This document shows, one piece after another, positions 16,280-33,849 of a DNA stretch of 64,000 nucleotides. The DNA lies in assembly GCF_009914755.1 (NCBI RefSeq), contig NC_060926.1, one strand, 5' to 3'. The notes under the pieces are model-generated. The model saw nothing but the letters and a program-made list of their open reading frames with translations. It had not been told where the DNA came from and did not search any database. Numbering within the stretch: the first letter of the stretch is position 1; each line of letters starts with the position of its first letter. Origin of the DNA: the human T2T-CHM13v2.0 reference genome, Homo sapiens. The position numbers were made by a program, and so were the translations under genes.

Positions 16280-16780
16280 TAGGGCAAAGTTTCTAAGCTT
16301 TCTTGGTTCACAGTACCCTTAGTTGTTTCACTGATTTATTTTCTCCGCTTTATATATAATAAGCAATTATTTTTTTCAAATAGCAACTAAGGAATTAGAA
16401 CATAAATACTAATTGTTTTCCTCTGACAACTAATTTAACAAATTTGTTATTTATTTTTGGTTTTGGTTTTTGAAAAAAAAATTTGTTCATAAATAACAAT
16501 GATGACTTACTAATGACATATGTGTAGCTGTTGGACACTGTGCAACTTCCCAAACCATGAGATGAGATTGGACCCTCTTATTTTCTGCCTTTTATTACAG
16601 CAGCTGCCAAAAATCCAGCTTTTGCCAAGGCACAACAGCATTGAAAAGAACATAGCACTATCTGATGTTGACACTTTGACCTTGAGCTAGTAGTTTATCA
16701 CTGTCCTTTCCCTAGAATTTTAAACTATCCTGCAGCATCCCTGTGAATCCACTACAGAGGAGGTGCAGAGTTAGGAAATG
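16280..16780. mobile_element. hAT-Charlie-like DNA transposon remnant
   Basis: Terminus-like gtttctaagctttcttggttcacagtacccttag and ggtgcagagttaggaaatg; family uncertain. Confidence 0.35.
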
Positions 16781-17899
16781 AATAATACCCCATGGAGGCA
16801 CTAGATAAATATTTCCTATGGAGATTTTAAGTTAAGGGTGCAGAGTTAGTGTGGTGTAGGGTTTTGATTGGTGGGACAGTATTTTGAGTTGTCGACGGGA
16901 TATGACTTGATTCACTTTAGACAAATTGTTTTTTCCATGATTGTCTATAAATGTCATTATATATATAGAAATTACAAAGAAAGGAGAAGTTGCCCCTGGT
17001 CTTAGGCAGACATTTTTGTTACTTTGATATGAAAGAGAACCAAACTAGCTTCTGATAGTAACTGCACTAAAGCCTCTGATACAACCTCGCCTGATTTCCC
17101 ACAATGATGGCATTGAAAAAAAAGAACCACAAAAATACTCACCACAAGTTAAGATTGTTAAGTTTATAGCCATAAATGAAGAAATGTTTACTCCTTGCAA
17201 GGCTATGGTTTTAAAAACACTGTTAATGGCTACCAGAAAGAAAACAAGCTCACTTAATTGATTGTAGGTAGGAAAATCTTCTGTCCCACTTACTCATAGT
17301 TCAGAAGACAGAATGTCTGTAAACAGTAGAAACCTGGTCAGATGTGCCAGTACTTTCTGAGGCCTCCAGTGTCCTGCTATCGATATACGTCACTAACACT
17401 TCCATCTGGTTGGAGAGATTAACTTAGAGAAAGACTGAACAGTGTAGGTGATGGGAGAAGAAAATGACTCAGGACTGGCACACTGTATCCTGATAAATAT
17501 AGTTTCTGTAATAAAGTACTGTATGCATCAGTACGACAAAAAGAGATCTAGTTGCCATACACACTTGAGATTGTTTTTTCATGTTTTCATCTATTCTGAG
17601 AGTGAGGAAGTTGGGAATAGAAAATAATCCTTTCTTAGACCAGTAGACCTACACTGGATGAAAGCCTAGAAATTGTTCTAATTCCTAGCCGTTATCTATG
17701 AATATGTTGTACATCTATAGCTATGAGAGGAGCCAATTAGAGTTTGGGGCCAAGAGCAAGACATACATCATTGTTAGCAAATATTTGGGCCAAATAACTG
17801 TTCTTCAGTTGAGAATCAGTAAATAATAGAACTGATGCAAACAACGACGGCAAAAAACTGGGGCAAAGGAAACAGCCATCCAAAGAAAGAGATAAATGT

Positions 17900-18813
17900 C
17901 TGCAAATAAACCAGTCTTAATAGCAACCCAGGGAGTATTTATTCAAGAAAAATGGCCAAATCCCACTAAGCACAGTAAGCGTTAGCATTTTAACTTGCCC
18001 TAGTCCCATTCCCAGTACCTCAGCTCAGTGATAGCCTTCAGAAATATAGCTTTCTTTTCCAAGACCAGAGGATGCAAAATGGAGCTGGGCCTCTTTTAAA
18101 AGTTCCTTCCCAAAGAATTGTTAATATTTGACCTATCTAGTGGTTCCGTGAAGATTCCACACAAAAGGCTTATCTTTACTTGACCTGACTGGGAGCCATC
18201 CAGTGCTAAAGGCCTCTGGTGAAGGGGAGGGAAAGATGTTTATCAAAAACATTTACAGACAAGTATTTTAATATCATAATGGCTGAGGTGTGGACTAGCA
18301 GTTGAGGTAAACAGTAAACTAACTGGAAAGCTTAAAAGTAACACCCGAGGATAAGATGTTGATAGATTCTTTGAAAGGCGCTGACATATTCCTAAGACTC
18401 TGGGAGACCCCATGTATGCGTAGGCCTGTGTATGCTCAGGAAAGACCCAAGGCGCTAGGTCTTATCTCTGGCTGACCTTGAGGATCTGTACAAGAAGAAA
18501 AGGGAAGGCTAAGGTAAAGTTGACAGCTGCCTAGGTCAGTGTTGAAGGTACATCCCAACATATGTGTGGAGCCATTTGATGAAGGCCGGGAGATTTATTG
18601 GTTCTAGGCATTTAAGGAAATCCCTGTTCAGGCATTAGCTGACCATTAAGCTAATTGAGTAGTAACTTCAGTGGCCATATATAAAAAGAATATAGACTTT
18701 ACAGAATTAATTCAGAGAAGTTATTAAAACAACATAAAGCAACAACACCAAACCCTGAGATGGAAGTAGAATCTGGTTTCCAGAGTTGGCGCATTGTATT
18801 ACTTAAATGTCCA
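17900..18813 (+). mobile_element. L1M4-type 5' region
   Basis: Similar to the reverse-strand L1 5' region at ~61700-62800 (gctgaccttgagg...aaggctaagg). Confidence 0.6.
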
Positions 18814-19240
<427 letters not shown>

Positions 19241-20506
19241 TTATCTGTTGAGAGATTAATACCTAAAATATGTAAGGAACCCTTACAACTCAACAACAAT
19301 AACCCAAACAATCTGATTCATAAATGGGCACAGAATCTGATGGACATTTCTCCAAGGAAGACGTGCAAATAGCCAATAAACACCTGAAAATCTTCTCTAT
19401 ATCATTAATCATGAGGGAAATACCAAACAAAACCATAGTAAGATACCACTTCACACCCATTACAATCACTGTTATTTTAAAAAATAAGCGGAGAGAGCCA
19501 AGATGGCCGAATAGGAAGAGCTCCAGTCTGCAGCTCCCAGTGTGAGCGATGCAGAAAACGAATGATTTCTGCATTTCCAACTGAGGTACTGGGTTCATCT
19601 CACTAGGGATTGTAGGACAGTGGGTGCAGGACAGTGGGTGCAGCACACCGAGCGTGAGCCGAAGCAGGGCAAGGCATCGCCTCACCCGGGAAGCGCAAGG
19701 GGTCATGGAATTCCCTTTGCTAGCCAAGGAAAGGAGTGACAGAAGGCACCTGGAAAATCGGGTCACTCCCACCCTAATACTGCGCTTTTCCAACGGGCTT
19801 AAAAAATGGCACACCAGGAGATTATATCCCGCACCTGGCTCGGAGGATCCTACGCCCACGGAGCCTCGCTCATTGCTAGCACAGCAGTCTGAGATCAAAC
19901 TGCAAGGCGGCAGCGAGGCTGGGGGATGGGCGCCCTCCATTGCCGAGGCTTGAGTAGGTAAACAAAGCGGCCGGGAAGCTCGAACTGGGTGGAGCCCACC
20001 ATACCTCAAGGATGCCTGCCTGCCTCTGTAGACTCCACCTCTGGGGGCAGGGCATAGCCAAACAAAAGGCAGCAGAAACCTCTGCAGACTTAAATGTCCC
20101 TGTCTGACAGCTTTGAAGAGAGTAGTGGTTCTCCCAGCACACAGCTGGAGATCTGAGAACGGACAGATTACCTCCTCAAGTGGGACCCTGACCCCTGAGT
20201 AGCCTAACTGGGAGGCACCCCCCAGGAGGGGCAGACTGACACTTCACACGGCCGGGTACTTCTCTGAGACAAAACTTTCAGAGGAACGATCAGGCGGCAA
20301 CATTTGCTGTTCACCAATATTCGCTGTTCTGCAGCCTCTGCTGCTGATACCCAGGCAAATAGGGTCTGGAGTGGACCTCCAGCAAACTCCAACAGACCTG
20401 CAGCTGAGGGTCCTGACTGTTACTAACAAACAGAAAGGACATCCACACCAAAACCCCATCTGTACGTCACCATCATCAAAGACCAAAGGTAGATAAAACC
20501 ACAGAG

Positions 20507-21517
20507 ATGGGGAAAAAACAGAGCAGAAAAACTGAAAATTCTAAAAATCGGAGCGCCTCTCCTCCTCCAAAGGAACGTAGCTCCTCACCAGCAATGGAAC
20601 AAAGCTGGATGGAGAATGACTTTGACGAGTTGAGAGAAGAAGGCTTCAGATGATCAAACTACTCCGAGCTAAAGGAGGAAGTTCGAACCCATGGCAAAGA
20701 AGTTAAAAACCTTGAAAAAAGATTAGACGAATGGCTAACTAGAATAACCAATGCAGAGAAGTCCTTAAAGGACCTGATAAAGCTGAAAACCATGGCAAGA
20801 GAACTACGTGGCGAATGTACAAGCCTCAGTAGCCGATTTGATCAACTGGCAGAAAGGGTATCAGTGATGGAAGATCAGATGAATGAAATCAAGCGAGAAG
20901 AGAAGTTTAGAGAAAAAAGAATAAAAAGAAACAAAGCCTCCAAGAAATATGAGACTATATGAAACAACCAAATCTACGTCTGATTGGTGTACTTGAAAGT
21001 GACGGGGAGAATGGAACCAAGTTGGAAAATACTCTGCAGGATATTATCCAGGAGAACTTCCCCAATCTAGCAAGGCAGGCCAACATTCACATTCAGGAAA
21101 TACAGAGAATGCCACAAAGATGCTCCTCGAGAAGAGCAACTCCAAGACACATAATTGTCAGATTCACCAAAGTTGAAATGAAGGAGAAAATGTTAAGGGC
21201 AGCCAGAGAGAAAGGTCGGGTTACCCACAAAGGGAAGCCCATCAGACTAACAACTGATCTCTCAGCAGAAACTCCAATCCAGAAGAGAGTGGGGGCCAGT
21301 ATTCAACATTCTTAAAGAAAAGAATTTTCAACCCAGAATTTCATATCCAGCCAAACTAAGCTTCATAAGTGAAGGAGAAATAAAATCCTTTACAGACAAG
21401 CAAATGCTGAGAGATTTTGTCACCACTAGGCCTGCCCTAAAAGAGCTCCTGAAGGAAGCACGAAACATGGAAAGGAACAACTGGTACCAGCCACTGCAAA
21501 AACATGCCAAATTGTAA
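20507..21517 (+). pseudogene. L1 ORF1p, disrupted
   Basis: ATG GGG AAA AAA CAG start; premature TGA at 20651 (EEGFR*) and later frameshifts. Confidence 0.88.
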
Positions 21518-21584
21518 AGACCATTGAGGCTAGGAAGAAACTTCATCAATCAACTAACGAGCAAAATAACCAGCTAACATCACG

Positions 21585-25400
<3,816 letters not shown>

Positions 25401-26260
25401 ACAATGAGAACACATGGACACAGGAAGGGAACATCACACACTGGGGCCTGTTGTGGGGTGGGGGAAGCGGGGAGGGATAGCATTAGGAGATATACCTAAT
25501 GTTAAATGACGAGTTAATGGGTGCAGCACACCAACATGGCACATGTATACATATGTAACAAACCTGCACGTTGTCACATGTACCCTAAAACTTAAAGTAT
25601 AGTAAAAAAATAAATAAATAAAAAAGCAAAGAATGGAAAATTATCAGTGTTGTCAGGGACATGGAGAAATTGGAACCATTGCTTATTGCTGGTGGGAATG
25701 TAAAATGGTATAGCCATTACGGAAAACATTGTGGCTATTCCTCAAAAAATTAAACATAGAATTATAGTATGATCCAGTAATTCCACTTTTAAATATATAC
25801 CCCAACAAAGTGAAAGTAGGATCTTCAAGAGCTATTTGTACACCCATGTTCATAACAGCATTATTCACAGTGGCCAAGAGGTGGAAACAACCCAATGTCT
25901 ATTGATCTATGAATGGATAACAAAATGTGACATATATGTGTAATGGAGTATTATTCAGCCTTAAAGAGGAATGAAATTCTGGTACATGCTACAACATGGA
26001 TGAACTCTGAAGACATTAGGCCAACTGAAATAAGCCAGTCTGCTTATATGAGGTACCTAGAAAAGTCAGATTCATGGAGACACAAAGTAGAATTGTGTTT
26101 ACTAGGGGCTGGGGCTAGGGGGAGTGGGAAGTTACTATTTAATGGGTACAGAGTTTAAGTCTGGGAAGATGAGTAGGTTCTGGAGATAGATGGTAGTGAT
26201 GGTTACATAACAGTGTGAATATACTTAATGCCACTGAAGTGTACACTTAAAAATGATTAA

Positions 26261-26579
<319 letters not shown>

Positions 26580-27899
26580 TTTATGTATATTTTACCACAG
26601 TTAAAAAAACTTAAGAAGTTACCAAAAATCTTAATTGAATTTTAAAAGTAGATGTCTATGTTCCAAATCAGGGTTGAGTATACGAAATTAGCAAAGTAAC
26701 AGAACGAGAAATACAGGAAACTTTAAGATAGCATAAACAGTTAAATCAGATGAGTGGAATTCGGTGAGATGTCTTTAGCTGTGATAAATAATTTTAGCAT
26801 ATGTTGATATTGTCTCATGCATGTATTTAACTTAAGCAAGTTCAAATAAATATACTTAACAAAAGAGGAGAGAAAGAATTTTAAAAGTGCAGGTGTTTTG
26901 TGCATGCACTCTACCCTTTATGAACATATGACTACGGAAGAATATGTAATGAAAGATGGGAAACTTCATTCTCAAAATTAATTGTAGTCCTCGTTTGCCT
27001 TTTGTAGTGTAGGCATCTTATCTTGCTTATTTGGGTATGATTCTAGAGTTTGAAGAAATGTCTTTTTGGTACAATATCAGATACTTCATCAGGTGCTCAG
27101 ATTCAGGTGCAGTGCTATGTTACAAGCTTGGAGGAAAAAGTGGACCCTCATGGGTTTCTTGAGCAGACACGATGTCAATTTCAACATATGCCTTCCTAAG
27201 GTACCTTCAAGGGTGATTTTGACCCTCTATAGCAAGGTTTTCACCTCACATGCTGACTTTAAACCCTGAATTCCATTTAAAATGTATCTCTACTTTAGTG
27301 AAAAAATAGTAATGAGACTGTATATGGTATGATCCCTGTAAATGTTCACTTAGTAGGATATATAACCAAGGTTTAGTTGGGTTTTCTTTTATTGTTTCCT
27401 TCATACTTTCCTGAATTTTCTACAATGATCAGGTTGTTTTGTTTGTTTGTTTGTTTTTAATGATGGGAAGCTGTCAGCTCACGTTCATTTGTTTATTCAA
27501 ACAATAGGTATTAAAGATGTTACTGTGTTCCACGCAGATACACTGTGGTAGGTGTTACAATTTCAGTATTGCTCAAAATAAACTATAATGGAGTTTATGT
27601 TCACGTTGGTTGACAGATATTAAACAAATAAACCATAAATAAGTACGTAATTACAAGTGATAAATGCTAAGAAAATAAGAAGAGTTCCAAGATAAACAAG
27701 TAGACCCAGTTTTGTTTTACGAACTTATGAAGATCTTTTCCAGGAAGAAACTTTTGAGCTGAACTCTAGAGGATGGGAATGAATTAGGTAGGCAGAGAGT
27801 GGAGTGTGAGAATGTTCCGGCGAGAGGGAAGAAGATGGGGAAAGCCCCTGAAGCAGAAAAGAGCTTGATGCATTTGACAAATGGAAAGAAGGCAGCGTG

Positions 27900-28681
27900 G
27901 GTTGAAATTCCAACAAATTTAAAGATCTGATTGGTTTTTGTAGTGATTCATGAATCAGGCAACATCCCATTCTATAATATGGAAAGGGTGCACTGGGCAT
28001 GGGAGAGAGTTGGTTCTGGTAAGGTAGCCAGACCAGGAACAAGGAAACACAATACAGACAGTCCCCAATTTACAGTGGTTCCGTTGAACTATTTTTTGAC
28101 TTTATGATGGTATGGAAATGATACACATTTAGTAGAAACCGTACTTCAGTACAGTATTTAATAAACTATATGAACTATTTGATACTGTATTATAAAATAG
28201 ACTTCATGTTAGATGATTCTGCCCACCTGTAGGCTATTGTAAATGTTCTGATTATGTTTAAAGTAGGCTGGGCTAGGTTATGATGCTTGGTAGGTTAGGG
28301 GCATTAAATACATTTTTGACTAACAGTATTTTCAACCTATGATGGACTTACCAGGACATAACTACATTGTAAGTGGTGGATCATCTGTAATACCAAAAAA
28401 AGCATATTGATTAACATCAGGTTACTTACCTGGTAAAGATTAAAGCAGAGATAAGTTCCTTTTTACGCCAGCTCAGGGTGACTGGCCCCTTTTTCAGTTA
28501 GTTGCTGTGAATCTCTTGTTTTTAGAAAAAACTGGTCCATTTTGGAACTTTCCTTCTTTCTTAAAGTTTCAGTTGGATTGTATGGCATTTAGTACAAGTG
28601 ACTACATTTTGGTTTGGTCTCTTGGGGCTTAGTGCAGGAGCTCAGTCTAAAACAATGGACTCCCATAAATTTTATTTAACA
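27900..28681 (-). mobile_element. ERV1-class solo LTR (MER31-like) inserted in L2
   Basis: The reverse complement begins tgttaaataaaatttatgggagtccattgttttagactgagctcctgcact. Confidence 0.6.
28055..28387. mobile_element. TcMar-Tigger MITE (MER47A-like) inserted in the LTR
   Basis: TA|cagacagtccccaatttac ... gtaagtggtggatcatctg|TA: imperfect TIRs with TA duplication. Confidence 0.75.
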
Positions 28682-30419
28682 GGGTAGAGCATAGTGATGG
28701 GTAGATATGGTTAAAGATAGGTGGGTTCAAGATCATGCAGGATCTTATCAACTGTATTAAAGTGTTCGGATTTTATTCTAGTACTACTGCAATTATGGTT
28801 TGATTTATACTTGTAAAGTTTATTCTTGCCACTATATGGAGAAATGGTTTATAGATGGGAAGGCGGAGAGCCATGGCGGGGCGGGTTAGAGTGCAAGTAG
28901 AGACACCAGTTAGTTAGAAGGCTGTTGCTTTAGACAGTACCAGAGATGGTAGCATGAGTATCACAGTGTTATCTATAGAGATAGGGAGAAATGGACAGTC
29001 AGCATCCTTTTAGAAATAGTTTCTCCTAGATTTGGTGATAGGAGTATGGAGAGTGAGGGAGAAGAGCGTGAAAAAAATGTCTGGCGTGAGCAACTAGGTG
29101 AATAGAGGTGCCATTTACTGAGGTGGAGATTGAGGAAAAAGCAGATTTGGGGAAGATGATCAAAATGTCTGCTTTGGACATGTTAAAAATGAGATTCCTA
29201 TTATACATCCACATAGAGATGTTGGGTCTACAATTGAATGTAGGCAGAGTTAATTTACACATGTTAAGGTAATAGTGCCACATATAAGGTGGCATTATTC
29301 ACATTATAAATATATACTTTTATGAAAACATACAGATGGGCATGAATATTCCAGATCTTTAGTTAGAGTTCTGGAGCAATAATGTTAACTCTTGTGCTGC
29401 CCCAAACATAAATCTATACTCGCACATACTATAGCTATGCACAGGTACAGGAAAATAAGTATATGTACATTCACTGACACGCACACATGTGTGGCTGCAC
29501 TCTCTCAGCTGCCTCTCACCTCCTCTGAGGTTGATTCTCTTGCTTATTCACCCACTGCTCTCAGGGATGTAATTGTTCCTCACCTGACTCTGAACTTGAA
29601 AGGGTCATCTCTCTTGGAGAACGAGGGGTGGTGGTGCAGACTGTGCGTGCACATGCTGCTGCTGGTGTGTACTCCCTGGGAGAATTTGTGAAAAGAATGA
29701 CCACCATTTACAGTTGTTTGTGTTGTACTACAATATATAGTAACTTAAACATTTTGATTTGAAGAAGACACATCTTTTCTAATTTCCATAAAAGTGCTGT
29801 AAGAGCTAGCCGTGTCCCTGAATGCTGGAGTCGGATGCTCAGAAGAAAGGTACTCTTGGGCAATGGTACATTATTTGTTGGTCATCAGCATATACCTTGG
29901 TGGTCGATAAGTTTACCTAGGAAGAGAAGAGAGGCCAGTTCCGACTCCTTAAGGAACTCCACCATTGAGAGATTTGGTAGAAGAAAATATAAAAAATAAG
30001 TTTCCGGAGAGGTAAGAGGCAAATAAGAGAAAGTGATGTTACAGAAGTTGAGAAGAACCCAATATAATCTATTTGGCCCAGAAGGCTTGGTGTTTTCCTT
30101 GCAGTCTGTCCTGCAAAACTCTTCAGGGCTTACTGTGCACTGTACTAATGATACAGGTACTTACCCAGCTCTTATTGCCATATACATACTAGGAGCTCAG
30201 GAAATAGAGGATCTTAGAAAAATCATCTCATAGGAGATTAGTATAAGCCTTTATATGTCCAGAAATGTTCTTTTGCCTGTTAGATGTGGCATGGATTATA
30301 GATTAATTTATTTTATCAAGGAATGTGGGAATATTGAAATATATTTTAAAAGAAAATTAAATACTTTCAAATCTTTTACTTATCATCTGTCATTTTCCAT
30401 TCAGTGTTTTGTCTTTTGT

Positions 30420-31290
<871 letters not shown>

Positions 31291-31355
31291 TAAAAAGTCT
31301 TTCTCAATCTCATGTCGCTATTTGTGTTTTGTATTACTTCCCCGTTTTTCTGTAG

Positions 31356-31526
31356 GATCCAATGATGCCATTGCTCCAGACTTCCCAGCTCAGGTGCTAG
31401 GCACAAGAGATGATGACCTCTCAGCCACTGTTAACATTAAACATAAAGAAGGAATCTACAGTAAGAGGGTAGTGACTAAGGCATCCTTGCCAGTGGGAGA
31501 AAAACCCTTGCAGAATGAAAATGCAG
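31356..31526 (+). CDS. ALMS1: ALMS1 coding exon (exon 13), 171 nt, phase 1-1; GSNDAIAPDFPAQVLGTRDDDLS...KPLQNENA
   Basis: Acceptor cttccccgtttttctgtag|; donor GCAG|gtaact; in frame. Confidence 0.93.
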
Positions 31527-31926
31527 GTAACTGGATTGGCTTTGTATACTTTGTAGCTTTTTCTCCCCTTTTCATCCTAAATGAGATTACTATCCAATCT
31601 TTATCCTTTTTTTCTGTTTTGTTATACAAGCTTTTCTCCTTGCTGTTATATTGAGCATATACAAGAAGGCAAAATTTCATAAAATCCTTTAATAATAAAG
31701 GAAGCATAAGCTTCAGAGATTTTTGAAAATTATAAACTTCATTTTCACAACGGATAATAAAATATGATACAACTTTTGAAATGAAATAATACCCAATCAA
31801 GTATGTTTTAGATACTAAGATCCACAGAAAATCTTGATTAAATGCCACATTAGTTTATCTCTGTCAGATATTACAAAGTAATGTCTTATAGGCTGGATTC
31901 TGTAGGGAGATATGTAGCTGACATGA

Positions 31927-32248
31927 TTTTTTTTTTTTAATTTTTTTAAAGACAGGGTCTCACTCTGTCACCCAGGCTGGAGTGCAGTGATGCAATTATA
32001 GCTCACTGCAGTGTTGAACTCCTGGACTCCAGTGATCCTCCCACCTCAGCCTTCTGACTAGCTGGGGCCAGAGGCACACACCACTATGCCTGGCTAATAA
32101 TTTTTTTATAGTGATGGGGGGTTTTTTGTAGTGATGGGGGTCTCGCTATGTTGCCTGGGCTGGTCTTGAATTCCTGGCCTCAAGCTGTCTACCAGCCTCA
32201 GACTCTCAAAGTGCTGAGATTACAGGCATGAACCACCGCATCCAGCCC
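31927..32248 (-). mobile_element. AluJ
   Basis: attatagctcactgcag...gaactcctggactc; internal short duplication. Confidence 0.85.
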
Positions 32249-32249
32249 C

Positions 32250-32500
32250 CATGTTGTTTTAAAATTTTTAAAATTTTCCACCAACATTCAAAACTAAGAT
32301 TTTTGATTTTCCTTGAAAAATCAGAAAATCTGACTGCCCTTTGGCTCGCATTCATTCATGGTGGTAATCAGCTGCAGCTGAGCCATGGCTGTCCCCCTGC
32401 AGGCAGGACATCCATTCTCTTGTTTGCTTCCATCTCCACAGCTCTGAGACCCAGTCTGCTTCATTCATCCACCTTATCTGTCTGCTGATCACTGTGGGTA
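32250..32500. mobile_element. hAT DNA transposon remnant (MER102-like)
   Basis: aatcagaaaatctg...gcattcattcatggtggtaatcagctgcagctgagccatggctgtcccc. Confidence 0.4.
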
Positions 32501-32512
32501 TTTGAGTTTCAA

Positions 32513-32826
<314 letters not shown>

Positions 32827-33132
32827 CCACTGTTTTATAAAAGCTTTTTTTCTTCTGCACCCCTGCCATTATACTTTTGTAGCTGATAGATGATAATATT
32901 TATTAAATGAAAACTCCAGTAGCCACTGAAAATTCTGTGTGTATAATTGCCTGTGTTTGTTACATTTATACTTTTTTATTCCTGTGTATAACTATTAGCT
33001 AAATAGGTGCTACTGATCCCAGGGCAGTTTTTAAATGTAGGGTGGCTCTATGTTCTAGTTTTGGCATAGTGTTAATGACTTTGTGTGATAGCATCAGTGC
33101 CTTTGTGAGAAAAATAAATGAGATCTGCATGG

Positions 33133-33290
33133 TTTTTTTTATTTTATTTTATTATTGTTATACTTTAAGTTTTAGGGTACATGTGCACAATGTGCAGGTT
33201 AGTTACATATGTATACATGTGCCATGCTGGTGTGCTGCACCCATTAACTCGTCATTTAGCATTAGGTATATCTCCTAAAGCTATCCCTCC
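33133..33290 (-). mobile_element. 5'-truncated young L1PA 3' end (~155 bp)
   Basis: tatactttaagttttagggtacatgtgcacaatgtgcaggttagttac...tatctcctaaagctatccctcc. Confidence 0.88.
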
Positions 33291-33849
33291 ATTTTTTTAG
33301 ATAATTTCGTTCTACTTCAAAACACAGTGAAGTCTTTTTATAAATCCCTTTTGAAATAAGAGAAGCATATCTACCAGCTAACATTGAGACTGCCAAGTAA
33401 ATAAAAAGAAATAATTTTACAAAATATAGTTCATAAATGAAAACTCTTCTGCACCAGGGAATCCGTTACGTGTTTTCCACTATCCATATGCTAGTGGCAG
33501 TTTGGTTGAAACAGATAAGCCTAAGATCCCAGTGTCAGATACTTCAGGTGAGTGTAGATGTGGAAAAATTGGCAGGAAAGAAGTGAACTCTGTCAGAAGT
33601 CTGCACAAAGAACTCACCAGCTTTACCTCACTCCCAGGCTTCATTTGGTAAGGATGATACATTTGAAATAAAGTCAGGCTCAGTTATCTGAGGACCTCTA
33701 CAATCTCCCATCTGTTGGTCTACTTACAGACTTTGCATCCTAAGGAAAAGCCCTCCTCCTGGCTTAGTCCTTAGTAGCCATTTCACCTTGAGAGAAGCCT
33801 AGCCTCAGAACCTCTTGCCTTAGAGAATTAAAGAAGAATAGAGGAGAGA

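Larger units (their letters stand above)
27483..30060 (-). mobile_element. L2 (antisense) in three pieces: ~27483-27900, 28682-29245, 29820-30060
   Basis: ttcatttgtttattcaaacaat 3' end; ggtgccatttactgag, tttggacatgttaa and gtcatcagcata motifs. Confidence 0.7.
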
